The notes beneath the pieces were generated by a model. It did not search any database, was not told the DNA's origin, and worked only from the letters and a program-made list of their open reading frames with translations. The translations under genes and the position numbers were made by a program. From an uncultured Candidatus Saccharibacteria bacterium (GTDB lineage Bacteria > Patescibacteriota > Dojkabacteria > J137), in NCBI GenBank assembly GCA_964437465.1, contig CAYTGI010000005.1, positions 5,203 through 69,202 of the forward strand: a stretch of 64,000 nucleotides of DNA. Reading direction: 5' to 3'. Shown here in pieces: positions 38,901 through 51,400 of this stretch (position 1 is its first letter; the number at the start of each line of letters is the position of its first letter).

Positions 38901-39394
38901 AAGAAAAGGTTGATCTTTATGATGGAAGAACTGGAGAGAAATTTGATCAAAAAGTAGTTGTTGGGCAAAAATATGTTCTAAAGCTAGACCACCTTGCAGA
39001 TCATAAGGTTCACGCAAGATCTACAGGTCCATACACTCTTGTCACACAACAACCTCTAAGAGGAAAAGCACAGATGGGAGGACAGAGACTTGGAGAAATG
39101 GAAGTTTGGGCATTACAAGCACACGCAGTACCTAATCTACTTCATGAGATTTTAACAATTAAGTCTGATGATGTTGTTGGAAGAGCTGCAGCTTATAAAG
39201 CAATTATTTCTGGACAACCAATTAAATCACCAAATGTTCCAGAATCATTCAATGTTCTTGATAAAGAGTTAGCAGGATTGAATATTAAGATGGATAAGAT
39301 TGACGCTGAATACGATTTTGAGAAAGCTGACATGGCTTTAGAGGAAATTGTTGATTCAGTTGGAAATGATACATCTAGTGAGAAAAGTGAGTAA
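35975..39394 (+). CDS. rpoB: RNA polymerase beta subunit
   Basis: VRDVHDSHYGRLCP, GYNYEDG, GDKL..HGEKG and GGQRLGEME motifs. Confidence 0.98.
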   Translation: MTPKKRLVLTDNPVDLIDIDLLEAQKKFFREFIENGFEELFDEINPIEDYTGSSWSLSFEDVNWEDAKLGFREAHNLGLSHDAPVFVTVKLVNKRTGEMKKQKIFLCDMPLMSNRASFMVNGNERVVVFQIIRSEGILFSEAKASSPAKKIFSVKLMPNRGKWYEFEMNKYGVMSVKLLEKRPRILLTTLLRAMGYGTDEELKKILESSDVGEIKYLENTLRKDPTKSTEEALIEIYRKLRPEDSITLENARAFLDNMFFNKRRFYLGKIGRYKLNQKLGFTEDIKMEDHLLKKKDLVEIVKALMELNNGTRPMDDIDSLGNRRVRGINEIVSEKIRVGMLIMEKNIRDRMSTYSTDEKVTPAMLVNTKPVIAAINQFFGSSALMRYMDQENILSELEVKRKVTAGGPRGLTKERATFSVRDVHDSHYGRLCPVTTPEGPSVGMVNQLAVYSKINDFGFLEAPYYKVVKEFSVKEDKVSDFKGRYIREDIKDGSKVLAKKGDEISTKVVEAAKKADLDVIHLVPFISDKIEYMDSETEATFKIAPYNVERDENNNILSESTYIRYNKDYTTASPIDIDYIDISPSQISGLGLALIPFAGNDDPNRTFYGAKTQNQAVPLIKNQSPIVGTGFEKAAAKASGRTVIAEEDGIVLEADSAHVVVEYGSGKGKRKQEYDVEKFIRTNQNTCFTQTTLVLPGEKFKKGDILIDGPCTDQGELALGVNLRACYMVWDGYNYEDGIVISERLVKEDALTSIHIHEYTQEVRETKLGNELITKDIPGVGERALRNLDEEGVVRIGANVESNDILVGIIAPKGETELTAEEKLLRAIFGEYARDVRDNSLRMPYGEEGVVVGVQVLERAKGAKLNPGVLKQVKVWVARTHKISVGDKLTGYHGEKGLIAKIVPEEDMPYTADGRPVDLVLGPASMIRRMNLGQLIETHIGALADQLGIKVEAQPFSSYSLDPLLEEAKKAGLKYEEKVDLYDGRTGEKFDQKVVVGQKYVLKLDHLADHKVHARSTGPYTLVTQQPLRGKAQMGGQRLGEMEVWALQAHAVPNLLHEILTIKSDDVVGRAAAYKAIISGQPIKSPNVPESFNVLDKELAGLNIKMDKIDAEYDFEKADMALEEIVDSVGNDTSSEKSE

Positions 39395-39404
39395 TTTATT
39401 TTGG

Positions 39405-39460
39405 ACTAAAGTCTAGTAACTGAAAACTAGTAACTAGAAACTAAATAACTATTAACTATT
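39405..39460. repeat. Heptamer tandem repeat (AACTAGT-like) between rpoB and rpoC
   Basis: TAACTGA AAACTAG TAACTAG AAACTAA ATAACTA TTAACTA. Confidence 0.65.
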
Positions 39461-39471
39461 AAATTCGAGCA

Positions 39472-42400
39472 ATGTTAAAAGACTTTAATGCAGTAAAGAT
39501 CTCAGTTGCAAGTCCACAGGACGTAATGAACTGGTCCCATGGAGAGGTAACTAAAGCTGAGACAATAAACTATAGAACATTCAGAGCAGAACCTGGAGGT
39601 CTTATGGCTGAAGAGATCTTCGGACCAACAAAGGACTTCGAATGTTACTGTGGGAAATACAAAAAAATTAGATACAAAGGTATTGTTTGTGATAGATGTG
39701 GAGTTGAAGTAACTCACAAAAGAGTTAGAAGAGAGCGAATGGGGCATATTAAATTAGCAGCTCCAGTTACTCATGTTTGGTTCTCTAATGGAATTCCAAA
39801 TAGATTAGCTTTGATTTTAGATATTCCTCAGAAAAAACTTGAAACTGTAATTTACTACGCTCGATACGTTGTTACAGGAGTAAATGAAGAGGAACAGAAA
39901 GCTGCAATAGAAAGTCTTGATGAACTAAAGAAAAATGAAATCACTGAACTATCAGATGAGTTAGAGCAGAAAATTAAAGATATTGAAGAAGAGTTTAAAC
40001 AGTTAGCAGAAGATATTAAAAAGGAAAATAAAGAGGAAGGAAAACAAAAACTTCAGTTAGATAGAAATGAAAACTCAAGAAAGAAAGAAATTGCCCGAAT
40101 AAAGGCTGCATACAAACAAAAACAAGATAATACTGATAAAAAATTCGGAAACATTAAGTCTTTAATTGAAGATATTAAATTAGGATTTACTCTTTCAGAA
40201 GAAGAACACTCAATGTTAGAGGAATATGAATTCTTCTTTTACGATGCTGGAATGGGAGCTGAAGCAATTAAAGAACTTCTTGATGTTTTAAATATTGATG
40301 TTGAAGTTGCTGAGCTTGAAGAGACAATGAAGACAACTAAGTCTCAACTTAAGAAATCTAAGGTTATCCAAAGAATTAGAATTCTTAAGGGACTTAAAAA
40401 ATCAGGTGTAAATCCATCTTGGTTGATTCTAAATGTACTACCTGTAATTCCTCCTGATCTAAGACCAATAATTCAGTTACCTGGTGGTAGATTTGCAACT
40501 TACGATCTAAATGATTTATATAGAAGAGTTATTAACAGAAACAATAGGTTACAAAGACTTATTAATCTAGGCGCACCTGAGATCATTTTAAGAAACGAGA
40601 AAAGAATGCTACAAGAGTCTGTAGACTCTCTTCTTGACAATAACCATAAACCAGGCGCACCTGCACTAAATACAAGGCAGATGCCTTTCAAATCTCTGTC
40701 AGACATGTTGAGAGGAAAACAAGGTAGATTTAGACAGAATCTTCTTGGTAAACGAGTTGATTATTCAGGTAGAGCTGTAATTGTAGCTGGACCAGATCTT
40801 AAATTCGATGAGTGTGGACTTCCAAAGAATGTTGCACTTGAATTATTTAAACCCTTTGTAATTAGAGAGTTGATTGAAAGAGGTCATGCAGCTAATCCAA
40901 CTAGAGCAAAGATGATTTTTGAAGCTAAGGATCCTGAAGTTTGGGATATCTTAGAAGATGTAATTCAAGATAGGCCTGTACTTTTGAATAGAGCTCCATC
41001 TCTACACAGGTACTCTATTCTTGCATTCTATCCTAAATTGATTGAAGGTAATGCGATTAGACTACACCCGATGGTAGTGCAAGGATTCAACGCTGACTTC
41101 GACGGAGATCAAATGGCGGTACACCTTCCATTGTCAGACAAGGCAGTTGAAGAAGTTAAGGAGAGAATGTTCGCAAAAGACAATATGTTGGCATTAAGAG
41201 ATTCAACTCCAATTGTTAATGTGTCTAAAGACATGGCTATGGGAATTTATTTCCTTACTCAGATGAAAGGGGATGAGAAAGATGTAAAAAGAACATTTGC
41301 TAATGATGAGGAATTGCTAACTGCTTACAAGCTAGGCATAGTTAAATTCTATGATCCTGTTAAGTTACTAAGAAATGGAGAGATTTTAATAACTACAGCT
41401 GGAAGATTGATATTTAATAGAATACTTCCGGAAGACTATCCATATCAAAACAAAACATTTGGAAAAGGAGATATTGCTGATCTTTCAGCTGATCTTTTCC
41501 TTAAATACGGTCAAGATATCTCAATTGGGGTACTTGATAAAGTAAAGAACCTTGGATTTGATTATGCAACTGAGTTAGGTATCTCAATATCAATGGGCGA
41601 ATTCAGATTTAAAGATAAGAAATTTGTGGAGGATAAATTAGCTGAATATGAAAAGAAAGAACAAGCTCTGCTAGATGATTATTATGATGGAATGATTACA
41701 TCTAAAGAACTAAAAAGACTTAAACAAGATATCTGGTCAGAACATACTGACGAAATTCAAGACCAATTATGGGAAGATGCAAGAGCTGATGAAAATGCAA
41801 GTAATCTAATAGGAATTAATGATTCTGGAGCTGTTCCTGTAGGATGGGCTATGAAACAAATAGCTGGAGTACGAGGATCAGTTTCAAACATGGACGGAGA
41901 GATAGTATCTCTTCCTCTTAAAGGAAACTTTGAAAGAGGTTTAAATAATTTTGAATACTTTGTCGCATCTAAGGCTGTTAGAAAGTCTATGTCTGATGTT
42001 GCTTTGAAGACAGCTGAATCAGGTTATCTAACTAGAAGGCTTGTCGATGTTTCTCAAGATATCATTACAAGAATTGATGATTGCGGTACTGATGATGGAA
42101 TCTGGGTTTCAAGAGTTGATTCAGCTAAACAAATGAGTTTTGAATCAAGAGTGAAAGGAAGATATGCAGCAGAAGATATCAAAGATAGTAAAGGAAATGT
42201 AATTGTTGAGAAAAATGAAGTAATTACAGTTGAAAAAGCTAAACAGATATCCAATGAGGAAAAAATAGAAAAGGTATTCTTAAGAAGTCCGTTAAAGTGT
42301 AGAGTACCTCACGGATTATGCGTTAAATGTTATGGGTATGATAACGGTACTGGAAAACCAGTTGCAATTGGTGAGGCTGTAGGAATAATTGCTGCCCAAG

Positions 42401-43431
42401 CACTTGGGGAGCCTACAACTCAGCTAACACTAAAAAGTAAGTCAGACGCTAGATCAAGAAAATCCGATGTTACTCAAGGTCTTCCTAGAGTTGAAGAACT
42501 TCTTGAAGCTAGAACTCCAAAAGCATTGGCAGAATTAGCTGACATTGATGGTAAGATCTCAATTATTGAAGACAAGAAAAAAATTATTATTAGAATTACT
42601 GCTAAAAAAGAAGAAGTTAAAGAGATTGAGCTTGAGGAAAAGGATGAAGTTATTGTTAAAGATAAAGCTTCGGTAAAAACTGGAGAGACTCTTGTTGTAA
42701 AAGGAGATAAAAGCGAGGTAAGAGCACCTTTTACTGGTAAAGTAAAAGTTACAAAAGGTAAGGTTACACTTCACGTTAAAAAAGATATTGAAATCGAAAA
42801 GAAAGTTGATTCAATGGCTAATGTATTAGTCCATGATGGTCAAGAAGTTAAGAAAGGTGAACAGTTAACTTTTGGATCTATCGATCCTAAAGAGCTAGCA
42901 TCTTTAAAAGATGTAGAGATTGCACAGAGGTACATAATTGATGGTGTTCAGAGCGTTTATGGAATTCAGGGTATGGAAGTTGATGATAGACACCTTGAAA
43001 TAGTTGCAAGACAGATGACAAGATACGTCTTAATTAATGATAGTGGAGACAGTGAGGCTCATTTACCTGGTGATTATGCTGACGTACTAGAAGTTGAGGC
43101 AGAGAATCTGAAACTTCAAGAGGATGGTAAAGCTCAAATAAAGTATGAAAGAGTACTAATGGGTATTACTAATTCATCCATTCGAACAGAGAGCTTCTTG
43201 TCTGCAGCTTCATTCGAACAGCAGGTTAGAGTTCTAACAGACGCTGCTTTAATCGGGAAGGTAGACCACTTGAGAGGATTGAAGGAAAATGTTATAATAG
43301 GTAGACCTGTTCCACTGGGGAAAGTCTTACTAGAGCAAGATTCGAGTGAAGTCCAAAAAGCTGAGGAACAAACAGCAATTATGGATGCACATGAGAGAAA
43401 ATCACAAAATGATTTAAATAAAGCAATATAA
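39472..43431 (+). CDS. rpoC: RNA polymerase beta' subunit
   Basis: CYCGKYK zinc finger, [17 protein letters not shown] and GLKENVI motifs. Confidence 0.98.
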   Translation: MLKDFNAVKISVASPQDVMNWSHGEVTKAETINYRTFRAEPGGLMAEEIFGPTKDFECYCGKYKKIRYKGIVCDRCGVEVTHKRVRRERMGHIKLAAPVTHVWFSNGIPNRLALILDIPQKKLETVIYYARYVVTGVNEEEQKAAIESLDELKKNEITELSDELEQKIKDIEEEFKQLAEDIKKENKEEGKQKLQLDRNENSRKKEIARIKAAYKQKQDNTDKKFGNIKSLIEDIKLGFTLSEEEHSMLEEYEFFFYDAGMGAEAIKELLDVLNIDVEVAELEETMKTTKSQLKKSKVIQRIRILKGLKKSGVNPSWLILNVLPVIPPDLRPIIQLPGGRFATYDLNDLYRRVINRNNRLQRLINLGAPEIILRNEKRMLQESVDSLLDNNHKPGAPALNTRQMPFKSLSDMLRGKQGRFRQNLLGKRVDYSGRAVIVAGPDLKFDECGLPKNVALELFKPFVIRELIERGHAANPTRAKMIFEAKDPEVWDILEDVIQDRPVLLNRAPSLHRYSILAFYPKLIEGNAIRLHPMVVQGFNADFDGDQMAVHLPLSDKAVEEVKERMFAKDNMLALRDSTPIVNVSKDMAMGIYFLTQMKGDEKDVKRTFANDEELLTAYKLGIVKFYDPVKLLRNGEILITTAGRLIFNRILPEDYPYQNKTFGKGDIADLSADLFLKYGQDISIGVLDKVKNLGFDYATELGISISMGEFRFKDKKFVEDKLAEYEKKEQALLDDYYDGMITSKELKRLKQDIWSEHTDEIQDQLWEDARADENASNLIGINDSGAVPVGWAMKQIAGVRGSVSNMDGEIVSLPLKGNFERGLNNFEYFVASKAVRKSMSDVALKTAESGYLTRRLVDVSQDIITRIDDCGTDDGIWVSRVDSAKQMSFESRVKGRYAAEDIKDSKGNVIVEKNEVITVEKAKQISNEEKIEKVFLRSPLKCRVPHGLCVKCYGYDNGTGKPVAIGEAVGIIAAQALGEPTTQLTLKSKSDARSRKSDVTQGLPRVEELLEARTPKALAELADIDGKISIIEDKKKIIIRITAKKEEVKEIELEEKDEVIVKDKASVKTGETLVVKGDKSEVRAPFTGKVKVTKGKVTLHVKKDIEIEKKVDSMANVLVHDGQEVKKGEQLTFGSIDPKELASLKDVEIAQRYIIDGVQSVYGIQGMEVDDRHLEIVARQMTRYVLINDSGDSEAHLPGDYADVLEVEAENLKLQEDGKAQIKYERVLMGITNSSIRTESFLSAASFEQQVRVLTDAALIGKVDHLRGLKENVIIGRPVPLGKVLLEQDSSEVQKAEEQTAIMDAHERKSQNDLNKAI

Positions 43432-43439
43432 AGAAAAAT

Positions 43440-43886
43440 ATGGCAAGAATATCGCAACTAACAAGAAAACCTAGAAAACAAAAGAATGCTTTGGTTAGAT
43501 ACAAAGGTCTAATGCTTTCTAAGAATACGAAATACAAGGCACTACAGTTCAACTATAATGGTGTTCAGAATAAATTCTATAAGAAATCTAACCCATTTAA
43601 GAGAGGTGTGTGTATTGCAGTTAAAACTATGACTCCTAAGAAACCTAACTCTGCTCTTCGAAAAATAGCTAGAGTAAGACTTTCTAATAAGCAAGTTGTA
43701 ACTGCATACATTCCCGGTGAAGGACATAACCTTCAAGAACACAGTGTTGTATTAGTAAAAGCAGGAAGACGACCCGATCTTCCTGGAGTAAAGTACAAAG
43801 TAGTAAGAGGTGTATATGACGCAGCTCCTGTAGAAGCAAGAAGACAAGCAAGAAGTAAGTTTGGAAATAAGAAGCCAAAGGCCTAA
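43440..43886 (+). CDS. rpsL: 30S ribosomal protein S12
   Basis: [22 protein letters not shown] and DLPGV motifs. Confidence 0.97.
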   Translation: MARISQLTRKPRKQKNALVRYKGLMLSKNTKYKALQFNYNGVQNKFYKKSNPFKRGVCIAVKTMTPKKPNSALRKIARVRLSNKQVVTAYIPGEGHNLQEHSVVLVKAGRRPDLPGVKYKVVRGVYDAAPVEARRQARSKFGNKKPKA

Positions 43887-43893
43887 ATATCCC

Positions 43894-43919
43894 CCCCTGA
43901 AGTAGAAACACTTCAGGGG
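43894..43919. terminator. Hairpin after rpsL
   Basis: CCCCTGAAGT-AGAAAC-ACTTCAGGGG; no T run on the + strand. Confidence 0.45.
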
Positions 43920-44016
43920 AAAAATTGACAATTAAATTACTGGAGAATAAGAGTATTCAGTAAGGAAGTATAAAACTTACCTTACGGTAAGTTTTTTTTA
44001 TTTATAAAAAACAATT

Positions 44017-44628
44017 ATGAATGAGCATCAAGAAAACACAAGAAGATACTACGATGAAAATGCTGTTAGATGGTCAGATAGGAAGAATCATATGCCAGAT
44101 ACAAGCTTCTATAGGGAAGAGTTAGATCGATTTGATGAATTAGCAGAAGGATCAGTTCTTGAGGTTGGTGTAGGTAATGGAAAAGAATCGGCTATTCTAT
44201 CTCAGAATCATGAATATACTGGTGCTGATATATCTGAAGGAATGATTCGAACAGCAAGAGAATATCAGCCACACTTAGAATTTGTACAAGCGAGTGTTAC
44301 TGACTTGAAGTTTGAGGATGATTCTTTTGACAACTTTTTTACTGCTGCTACTCTACTACACATTCCTAGAGTAGAAATGCCCAAAGCACTATCTGAAATA
44401 CGGAGGGTTGTGAAAAATAACGGTATTGGATTTATTAGTTTAAAAGAAGGTGAAGGGGAAGAGGTGCGAGAAAATGAAAATGGAAGGTATTTTTCATTTT
44501 TTAATTCAGATGAATTTAGAGGCATTCTTGAAGATAATGGATTTGAGGTTATAGAATCTGGAGTTAAACCTGATAATAGAGAAGGTAAACCTAATTGGTT
44601 AACTTTTTTTGTAAGAGTAACTAAATAA
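44017..44628 (+). CDS. Class I SAM-dependent methyltransferase
   Basis: VLEVGVGNG, GADISEGM and ATLLHIP motifs. Confidence 0.85.
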   Translation: MNEHQENTRRYYDENAVRWSDRKNHMPDTSFYREELDRFDELAEGSVLEVGVGNGKESAILSQNHEYTGADISEGMIRTAREYQPHLEFVQASVTDLKFEDDSFDNFFTAATLLHIPRVEMPKALSEIRRVVKNNGIGFISLKEGEGEEVRENENGRYFSFFNSDEFRGILEDNGFEVIESGVKPDNREGKPNWLTFFVRVTK

Positions 44629-44640
44629 TTTATATTTTAT

Positions 44641-44676
44641 AAAGCTAAAGGCTAACAACTAATAGCTTAAAGCTCA
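44641..44676. repeat. Heptamer tandem repeat (AAGCTAA-like) before rpsG
   Basis: AAAGCTA AAGGCTA ACAACTA ATAGCTT AAAGCTC. Confidence 0.6.
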
Positions 44677-44678
44677 GA

Positions 44679-45146
44679 ATGAGAGGAAAACAAGCTCCAA
44701 AAAGAGAAATAAAACCGGATGAAATCTACGGTTCAAAAATGGTTTCAAAACTAATTAACTATATTATGAAAGATGGTAAGAAAGCTATTGCAAGAAAGAA
44801 TGTTTATTCTGCAATGGAACTTCTTGAAAAAGAAACAAAAACTAAAGCTTTGGAAGCTTTAGAGAAAGCAGTTAATACTGTTAAACCAAAAATTGAGGTG
44901 AGATCGAGAAGGGTCGGTGGGTCAAACTACCAAGTGCCTGTTCCTGTTCCAGAAGATAGGCAAACTGCTCTAGCATTTAGATGGATTATTGAAGCTGCTA
45001 GAAATAACAGAGGAGGTGCAGAATTCTACAAAGCACTTGCTAGAGAACTAAAGGATGCTTTTAACGGAGAAGGTAACGCTGTAAGAAAGAGAGACGAAGT
45101 TAAGAAAATGGCAGAGGCAAACAAGGCTTTTGCACAGTTTGCATAA
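44679..45146 (+). CDS. rpsG: 30S ribosomal protein S7
   Basis: MKDGKK, EVRSRRVGGSNYQVP and MAEANKAFA motifs. Confidence 0.97.
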   Translation: MRGKQAPKREIKPDEIYGSKMVSKLINYIMKDGKKAIARKNVYSAMELLEKETKTKALEALEKAVNTVKPKIEVRSRRVGGSNYQVPVPVPEDRQTALAFRWIIEAARNNRGGAEFYKALARELKDAFNGEGNAVRKRDEVKKMAEANKAFAQFA

Positions 45147-45165
45147 AAAGACAGTTATCAACATT

Positions 45166-45197
45166 AAAAAGGGGAGTTGTATACTCCTCTTTTTTTA
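45166..45197 (+). terminator. Intrinsic terminator after rpsG
   Basis: AAAAAGGGGAGT-TGTAT-ACTCCTCTTTTTTT. Confidence 0.8.
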
Positions 45198-45247
45198 TTG
45201 ATCATATTAGCTGGAAACTCTATACTAAATTAGGTACTAAAATATTT

Positions 45248-48200
45248 ATGCGTACCAAGAATATAGAAATAAAGCACCCTATTTGGGGTGCTAATTTAAG
45301 ACGTACACTTTTAACGTTTATTTCGCATGCTTAGTTTTTTTACTATCAGCATCTAGTATTGAGGCTGCAAGCAATACAATAGATTTTCAAGGAAAGATAG
45401 TGAATAAAGGTGATGGAACGAATTTAGTGTCTGGAAGTCCTGCATGTGTAGTAGTTGGGGCAGATACTTGTGATTTTAGAGTAAGAGTTTACGATGCTTC
45501 TAGTGGTGGAAACTTACTTTTTGAAGAAGAACATACAAATTTAGAGATTGGAGATTACAATGGGATTTTTAATTTAAGTATTAATAGTATCTGTGCTTCT
45601 ACTCTGAGTGGTGGAGTTGATTGGGGAACAGGAGGATGTATTAGTAACGGTTGTGTAGATTTTAGTAGTACTAATGTGTATTTTGAGATAAGTTTTCACC
45701 TGCAGGAGATTCTACATACACAGAAACATTTACAAGAAAACAAATTAGCCAGACACCAAGCGCATATTATGCTGAAAGAGCGGGGAGTGTTGGTGATTTA
45801 AATGGATTTAATGAAACTGATTTTGTTCAGTTTGGTCAGGGTAGTACTCAAACAAGTACAAATACTAATGGTTTAATTAATATAACAACTACAGGTAATG
45901 TTGTTAGTCCTTTAATATTTCTTAATGAAAACTGGGCAGGTACTCCCCTACTTTTAGATTTACAGGAAGGGGGATCGACTCAATTCAGTATAGGAAATAA
46001 TGGAGTAATAACTTCTGATTCTTTAGCTGGAGGAGGGGTTCAATGTTTACAGTCAGATAACAGTGGGATAATCTCAGCTACGGGTTCAGCATGTGCGGGA
46101 AGTTCTCCCTGGACAATAGATATGAGTGACATTTACTATAACGGAGGAAATGTTGCTATTGGAACTGGAGCCCCAGGAGCCACTTTATTCCACGTTCAAG
46201 AAAATACTACAGGTTTACCAACATTTGGAAGCGACACTTCCTCTGCCTTTTCAAGTATTAATGACACGTATTTAGCTATAATTTCGGGAGCGGCGAATAT
46301 ATCTGGAATTAATTTTGGAGACAATAGTGATGAAAATCCTGGAATAATAGCGTATAACAATGCTTCAGATTCATTTGTGTTTACAACTGGAACATCAACA
46401 GCATTGACAATAGCTTCTGGGGGAGGACTTACTGCTAATAGTTTGGCTGGAGGTGGAACACAATGCTTGCAAGTAGATAATGCTGGATTAATTGCTGGAA
46501 GCGGTTCAGGATGTGCAACAAGTCTATGGACAGATGGAGGAACAACTACCTACTTAACTTCAACAACAGATGATGTTGCATTTGGAGGAACTGGAGGCTC
46601 TTCTCCATTCTTCTTTGATGTAAGTGATCCGTCGATAAATATTAATAGCACACAGGTTTTATACCTTCCAGATCAAACTACATTTGCGGGATCTTTGATT
46701 ATTGGTAATGGTGGGACTAGTTTGAGTACCTCCACTAATTCTACAGGTGTTGGTATTGGAGCTTTAACTAGCCTTTCATCTGGATCAAGTAACACAGCTG
46801 TTGGAACAAATTCATTGACATTAAACTCTACTGGAGCAACTAATGTTGCTATAGGAGCATCAGCTCTGTCTGGAATTGCTGATGGTTTTGCAAATGTTGC
46901 AGTAGGTACATTTTCAATGGAATTAAAGTCATCAGGAAATCACAATATAGCAATTGGAGGGCAATCGATGTATAGGAGTTTTTCAGGTGCAAATAATATA
47001 GCAGTTGGATCCTCCGCACTATATAATAATAGTTCAGATTCAAATGTGGGTATTGGATATAATGCAGGCTATAGAGTTAATGGAGATGATAATATTATTA
47101 TTGGAGATAATGCAGGAGCAGGTATTGGGTCATCGACAACTACGTACTCAATAAGTAATAACGTCTTGGTTGGGACAAGGGCAGGTCAGATAATGGGTAC
47201 TAATGCTAACAATAATATTTTAATTGGACATCAAGCAGGTAATAATTTATCTATTGGAGCTAACAATATTGTAATTGGGTATGACATCGATGCACCAAGC
47301 TCTTCAGGCTCAAATAGAATGAGTATTGGGAATATAATCTATGCAACAGGAGTTGATGGCACAGGGACAACAGTAAGTACAGGAAATCTTGGAATTGGGA
47401 TTGCAAATCCAGATAGTAATACTGAACTTCATATATACGATCCAGGAAACACAATACTGGGTATACAATCTGGGGCTCAGTCTATATGGGGTATAGAATC
47501 CTTATCAGCTTCTAATGCCATGAGGATTGGTAATTTAAATGGGGCTGTCCTAAACAATCATGTATATATAACTTCAGGAGGTAATGTTGGGATTGGGGAT
47601 GTTCCTTTAGATAAGCTACATGTATTTGGAGATGCTAGGGTTGGAACAGGAACAACTGGTTGTATTAAAGATGCAGATGGCACTACTATAGCAGGTACAT
47701 GTAGCTCTGATTTGAGATTAAAGGAAGAAATTAGAGGATTTGATTCAATATTAGAAAGATATGTACAATTAGAACCTGTATTTTATAAATGGCGATCTGA
47801 AGAATTCCCTGAATTACATCTTGGAACTAGTGAAATTAGTGGGTTAATTGCACAGAATGTTGAACAATTATTTCCAGAACTAGTTGCATATGATGAAGAT
47901 GGATTCAGACAAATTAATTTTTCAGCGATAGACTTTTATACAATTCAAGCAATAAAAGAACAGCAAGAACAAATTGATAGCTTACAGGCTCAACTGGCAA
48001 GTATTAGTAGTAATCCACCTGGATCACAACCATTAGAACATGCAATTTTAAACAATCTAACAATTAGAGAAAACTTGAACATAGAAGGAAAATTGAATCT
48101 TGCTGATGACTCAGCTGATGTAATAGAAATTCCTGCAGGAGATGTTGAGTTTTCTTATACATTTAACACCGCTTACTCCTCTACTCCTATTGTATCTATA

Positions 48201-48341
48201 ACTCCAATTTCTGAAGAGGTGCTTAGTGAAGGTATCGTTTATATTGTAACTAATTCTGATCAAAACGGTTTTACTATAAAATTAAATCAACCAGCATCAG
48301 TTAATATCTCTTTCAACTGGACTGCTTTTGGGGACCTTTAA
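45248..48341 (+). pseudogene. Fibre/adhesin-like protein with a peptidase S74 chaperone domain; two frameshifts (near 45312 and 45696)
   Basis: ORFs 45400 and 46122 join after adding one T at AGTTTTCACC. N- and C-terminal modules match the downstream paralogue. NxAVG repeats and SSDLRLKE are present. Confidence 0.75.
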
Positions 48342-48420
48342 ACTATCCACATAAACTTTTCATTTCAAAATATTGAAGTTAGAAAAATTAATACCTATAC
48401 TAATATAGGCACATTTTTAT

Positions 48421-51400
48421 ATGTGTAGAGTAATGAATCAGATTAGTAACATAAAGCGTAAAAACAACGCTCTTTATTCAGGGTCTAAAAAAAGGCCTGT
48501 TTTAGCTCGTCAACACAAGTTTGCTATTCCATTAGCAATTTTATCTGGACTGCTATTTTTATTATTTATTCTTATAAACACAGGAGGGTTATATTCTTTC
48601 TTAAATATTTTCGCTGCTACAAGAACTATAAATTTTTCAGGAAAGATTGTTAATAAGGATGATGGAACTAATGTTGTTCTTGGTGATCCTGCTTGTGTTT
48701 TAGCAGGAGCAGATACATGTGATTTTAGAGTTAGAATTTTTGATGCAATAAGTGGAGGAAATCAGCTTTTCCAAGAAGATCATAATGATATTGAGATTGG
48801 TGATTTTACAGGAATATTTACTCTTGATATTAACTCAATTTGTAATTCTCAGGTAGTTGGAACAGTAGACTGGGCTACAACAGCTTGTGTAAGTAACGGA
48901 GGAGTTGATTTTAGTAGTTCAAGTATTTATATAGAGATCTCATTTTCTCCAGCTGGAGATGGAACTTATACTGAGGTTTTTGGAAGACGGGCTTTTAGTA
49001 ATACAGCGAGTGCATTTTTTGCCGAAAGAGCTGGAAGTTTGAATGGATTGACTAGTGATGATTTTGTTCAGCTAGCACAGGGAACCACTCAAGTTAACAG
49101 TGATGATTTTAGCTTAATAGATATTGAGACAACAGGAAATTTAACTGATCCTCTAATTGTTGTTAATGAGAATGGAGCGGGAACTCCTGACCTTTTTGAT
49201 TTTCAAGTGGGGGGGGACTCGATATTTACTTTAGATAACGATGGATTATTATCACTGTCAAATGATCAAGGGGTAACGAATTTAAGTATTGAAGAGTCAA
49301 ATGCAACTAACGATAACCGTACTTTATTAAGTTTAATAAACAATGGAGGAGCTATAATTTCTTTGGAAGATACTGATTCTTCAACGCAAGCTTGGAATAT
49401 CATAGGTAGTGATGAATTTACTATAAAGAACGATGCGACACCCGCAAATGACTTATTAAAAATCGATGATTTAGGCAACGCCTACATGTTTAATGGACTT
49501 ACTATTAATGATGGTTTTGATTCTTCTACAATCTCAGCTATTTTAAACTTTGGAGGCGCAAATACTGAAACAATTGAGTGGTCAGCTCCTAACAGTAGAT
49601 TTGAAATCTCCGACGATTTAGATGTGTTTAATAGCTTAACTGTAGGTGATAGTGTTGGAATTGGTACTCAAAGTCCTTCAGAAGCTTTAGATGTTGTGGG
49701 ATCTGTTCAGCTAAGTGGTGATATAAAAACTACTAACCCTTCTCAGTTATTACCAGCAAATTCTTTAGACTATGTGAAAAACATTCCTAATTCAAGAGGA
49801 GGAGTTTCAGGAGATCCAATAAGTCAGTTTGACTTTGAATTAACAGATAATGAGTACTTTTTAGTAGGAGCATTTAGTGGATCTGTTGATTTTGATACTG
49901 ATAATAGTATTCCTGGTGACACCTTAACAAGTCAAGGCACAGATGGTTTTATTGCAAAATACAATCTCAACGGAACTCTTCAATGGATAAAACAGATTGA
50001 GGGTTCATCCATTGAATCTGTCACAGAGGTAGAAACTGATTCAGCTGGAAATATATATGTCTTAGGTAATTTCTCTTCAAGTAATGTTGATATTGATCCA
50101 GATAACTCAGTTTCTGGAGATACCTTAAGTGAATCTGGAGGAAGAACATTTTTAGCAAAATATAATAGCTCAGGAGTTCTACAATGGGTTAAGCAGATGG
50201 GTCAAAGTGGATTTCTATACATAGTTGGGAATGACATGTACGTTAACGATTCAGGAGATATTCATTTCACTGGATATTTCTATGGAGGAATCTCAATAGA
50301 CTTCGATCCTGATAATGTAGTTGTTAACGATACTCATTCAACTACTAGTTTCACTGAAGGCGATGCTTTTTTAGCAAAATATAACACAAACGGTCTAATT
50401 CAATGGGTACATGCAATAGGGACAACAAATGACACCCTTCGAGACAGCGGTAAAAAAGTTTTTGCTGATTCCGGAGGAGATGTGATTCTTGTAGGTGATG
50501 CAAGTCAAGGATTATTTGATTTTGATGAATATAACGTAGGATCTGATGATACCTTTGACTTTTCGACCGGTGAAGGAATATTTATTGTTAAATATAATTC
50601 TTCTGGAGTTGCTCAATGGTCAAAAGGATTAATTGATAATGGTGGACAATTAAACTCTGGAGTAGTAATTGCTGATTCCTCAAATAATATCTACTACACA
50701 GGAGGCCTACAAGGCACATCAAATGACTTTGATGATGATAATGTTGTAGCTGGAGACACTTTAAACCAGATAAATGGGGTTGATTCATTTTTGGTGAAAT
50801 ATGACTCAAGTGGATTACTTCAATGGGCAAAAGCTTTGGATATCAGTAGAACCAATGCTTTAGACATAACACCTTCTGGAGAAGTTTTAGTTGGAGGTAC
50901 ATTTAATACGACTCCAGATTTTGATCCTGATAATGTTGTTAGCGGTGATACAGTTGCTGCAGTTGGTGTTAAAGATATATTTTTTGCTAAATACGATTCA
51001 ACAGGCCTTTTAACAGAGTTGAAAACTATAGGTACTTCAGGGCAAAATGCAAATTTATCTCATATTGCTATTGACTCAAGTTCAAATATATATACCCAAG
51101 CTTCTTACCTTGGTACTATCGATATGGACTCTGATATAGTTATTTCTGGAGATACTATTTCATCATCTACCACGAATGGATATTATATTGCTAGATATTC
51201 ATCATCTACTCAATCAATAGCAGGATCAAACATAGGATCGTCTTCTAGCCCTTTTGGAAATACATATACAAATGCTTTAAACATTTCCGCTATTACTGGA
51301 TCAACTCAATGTTTGGAGATAGACACAAATGGAAATGTATCTGGATCTGGAATTACTTGCGGAGGTCTTTGGACTGCAAACGGAAGCGATATTTACTACG

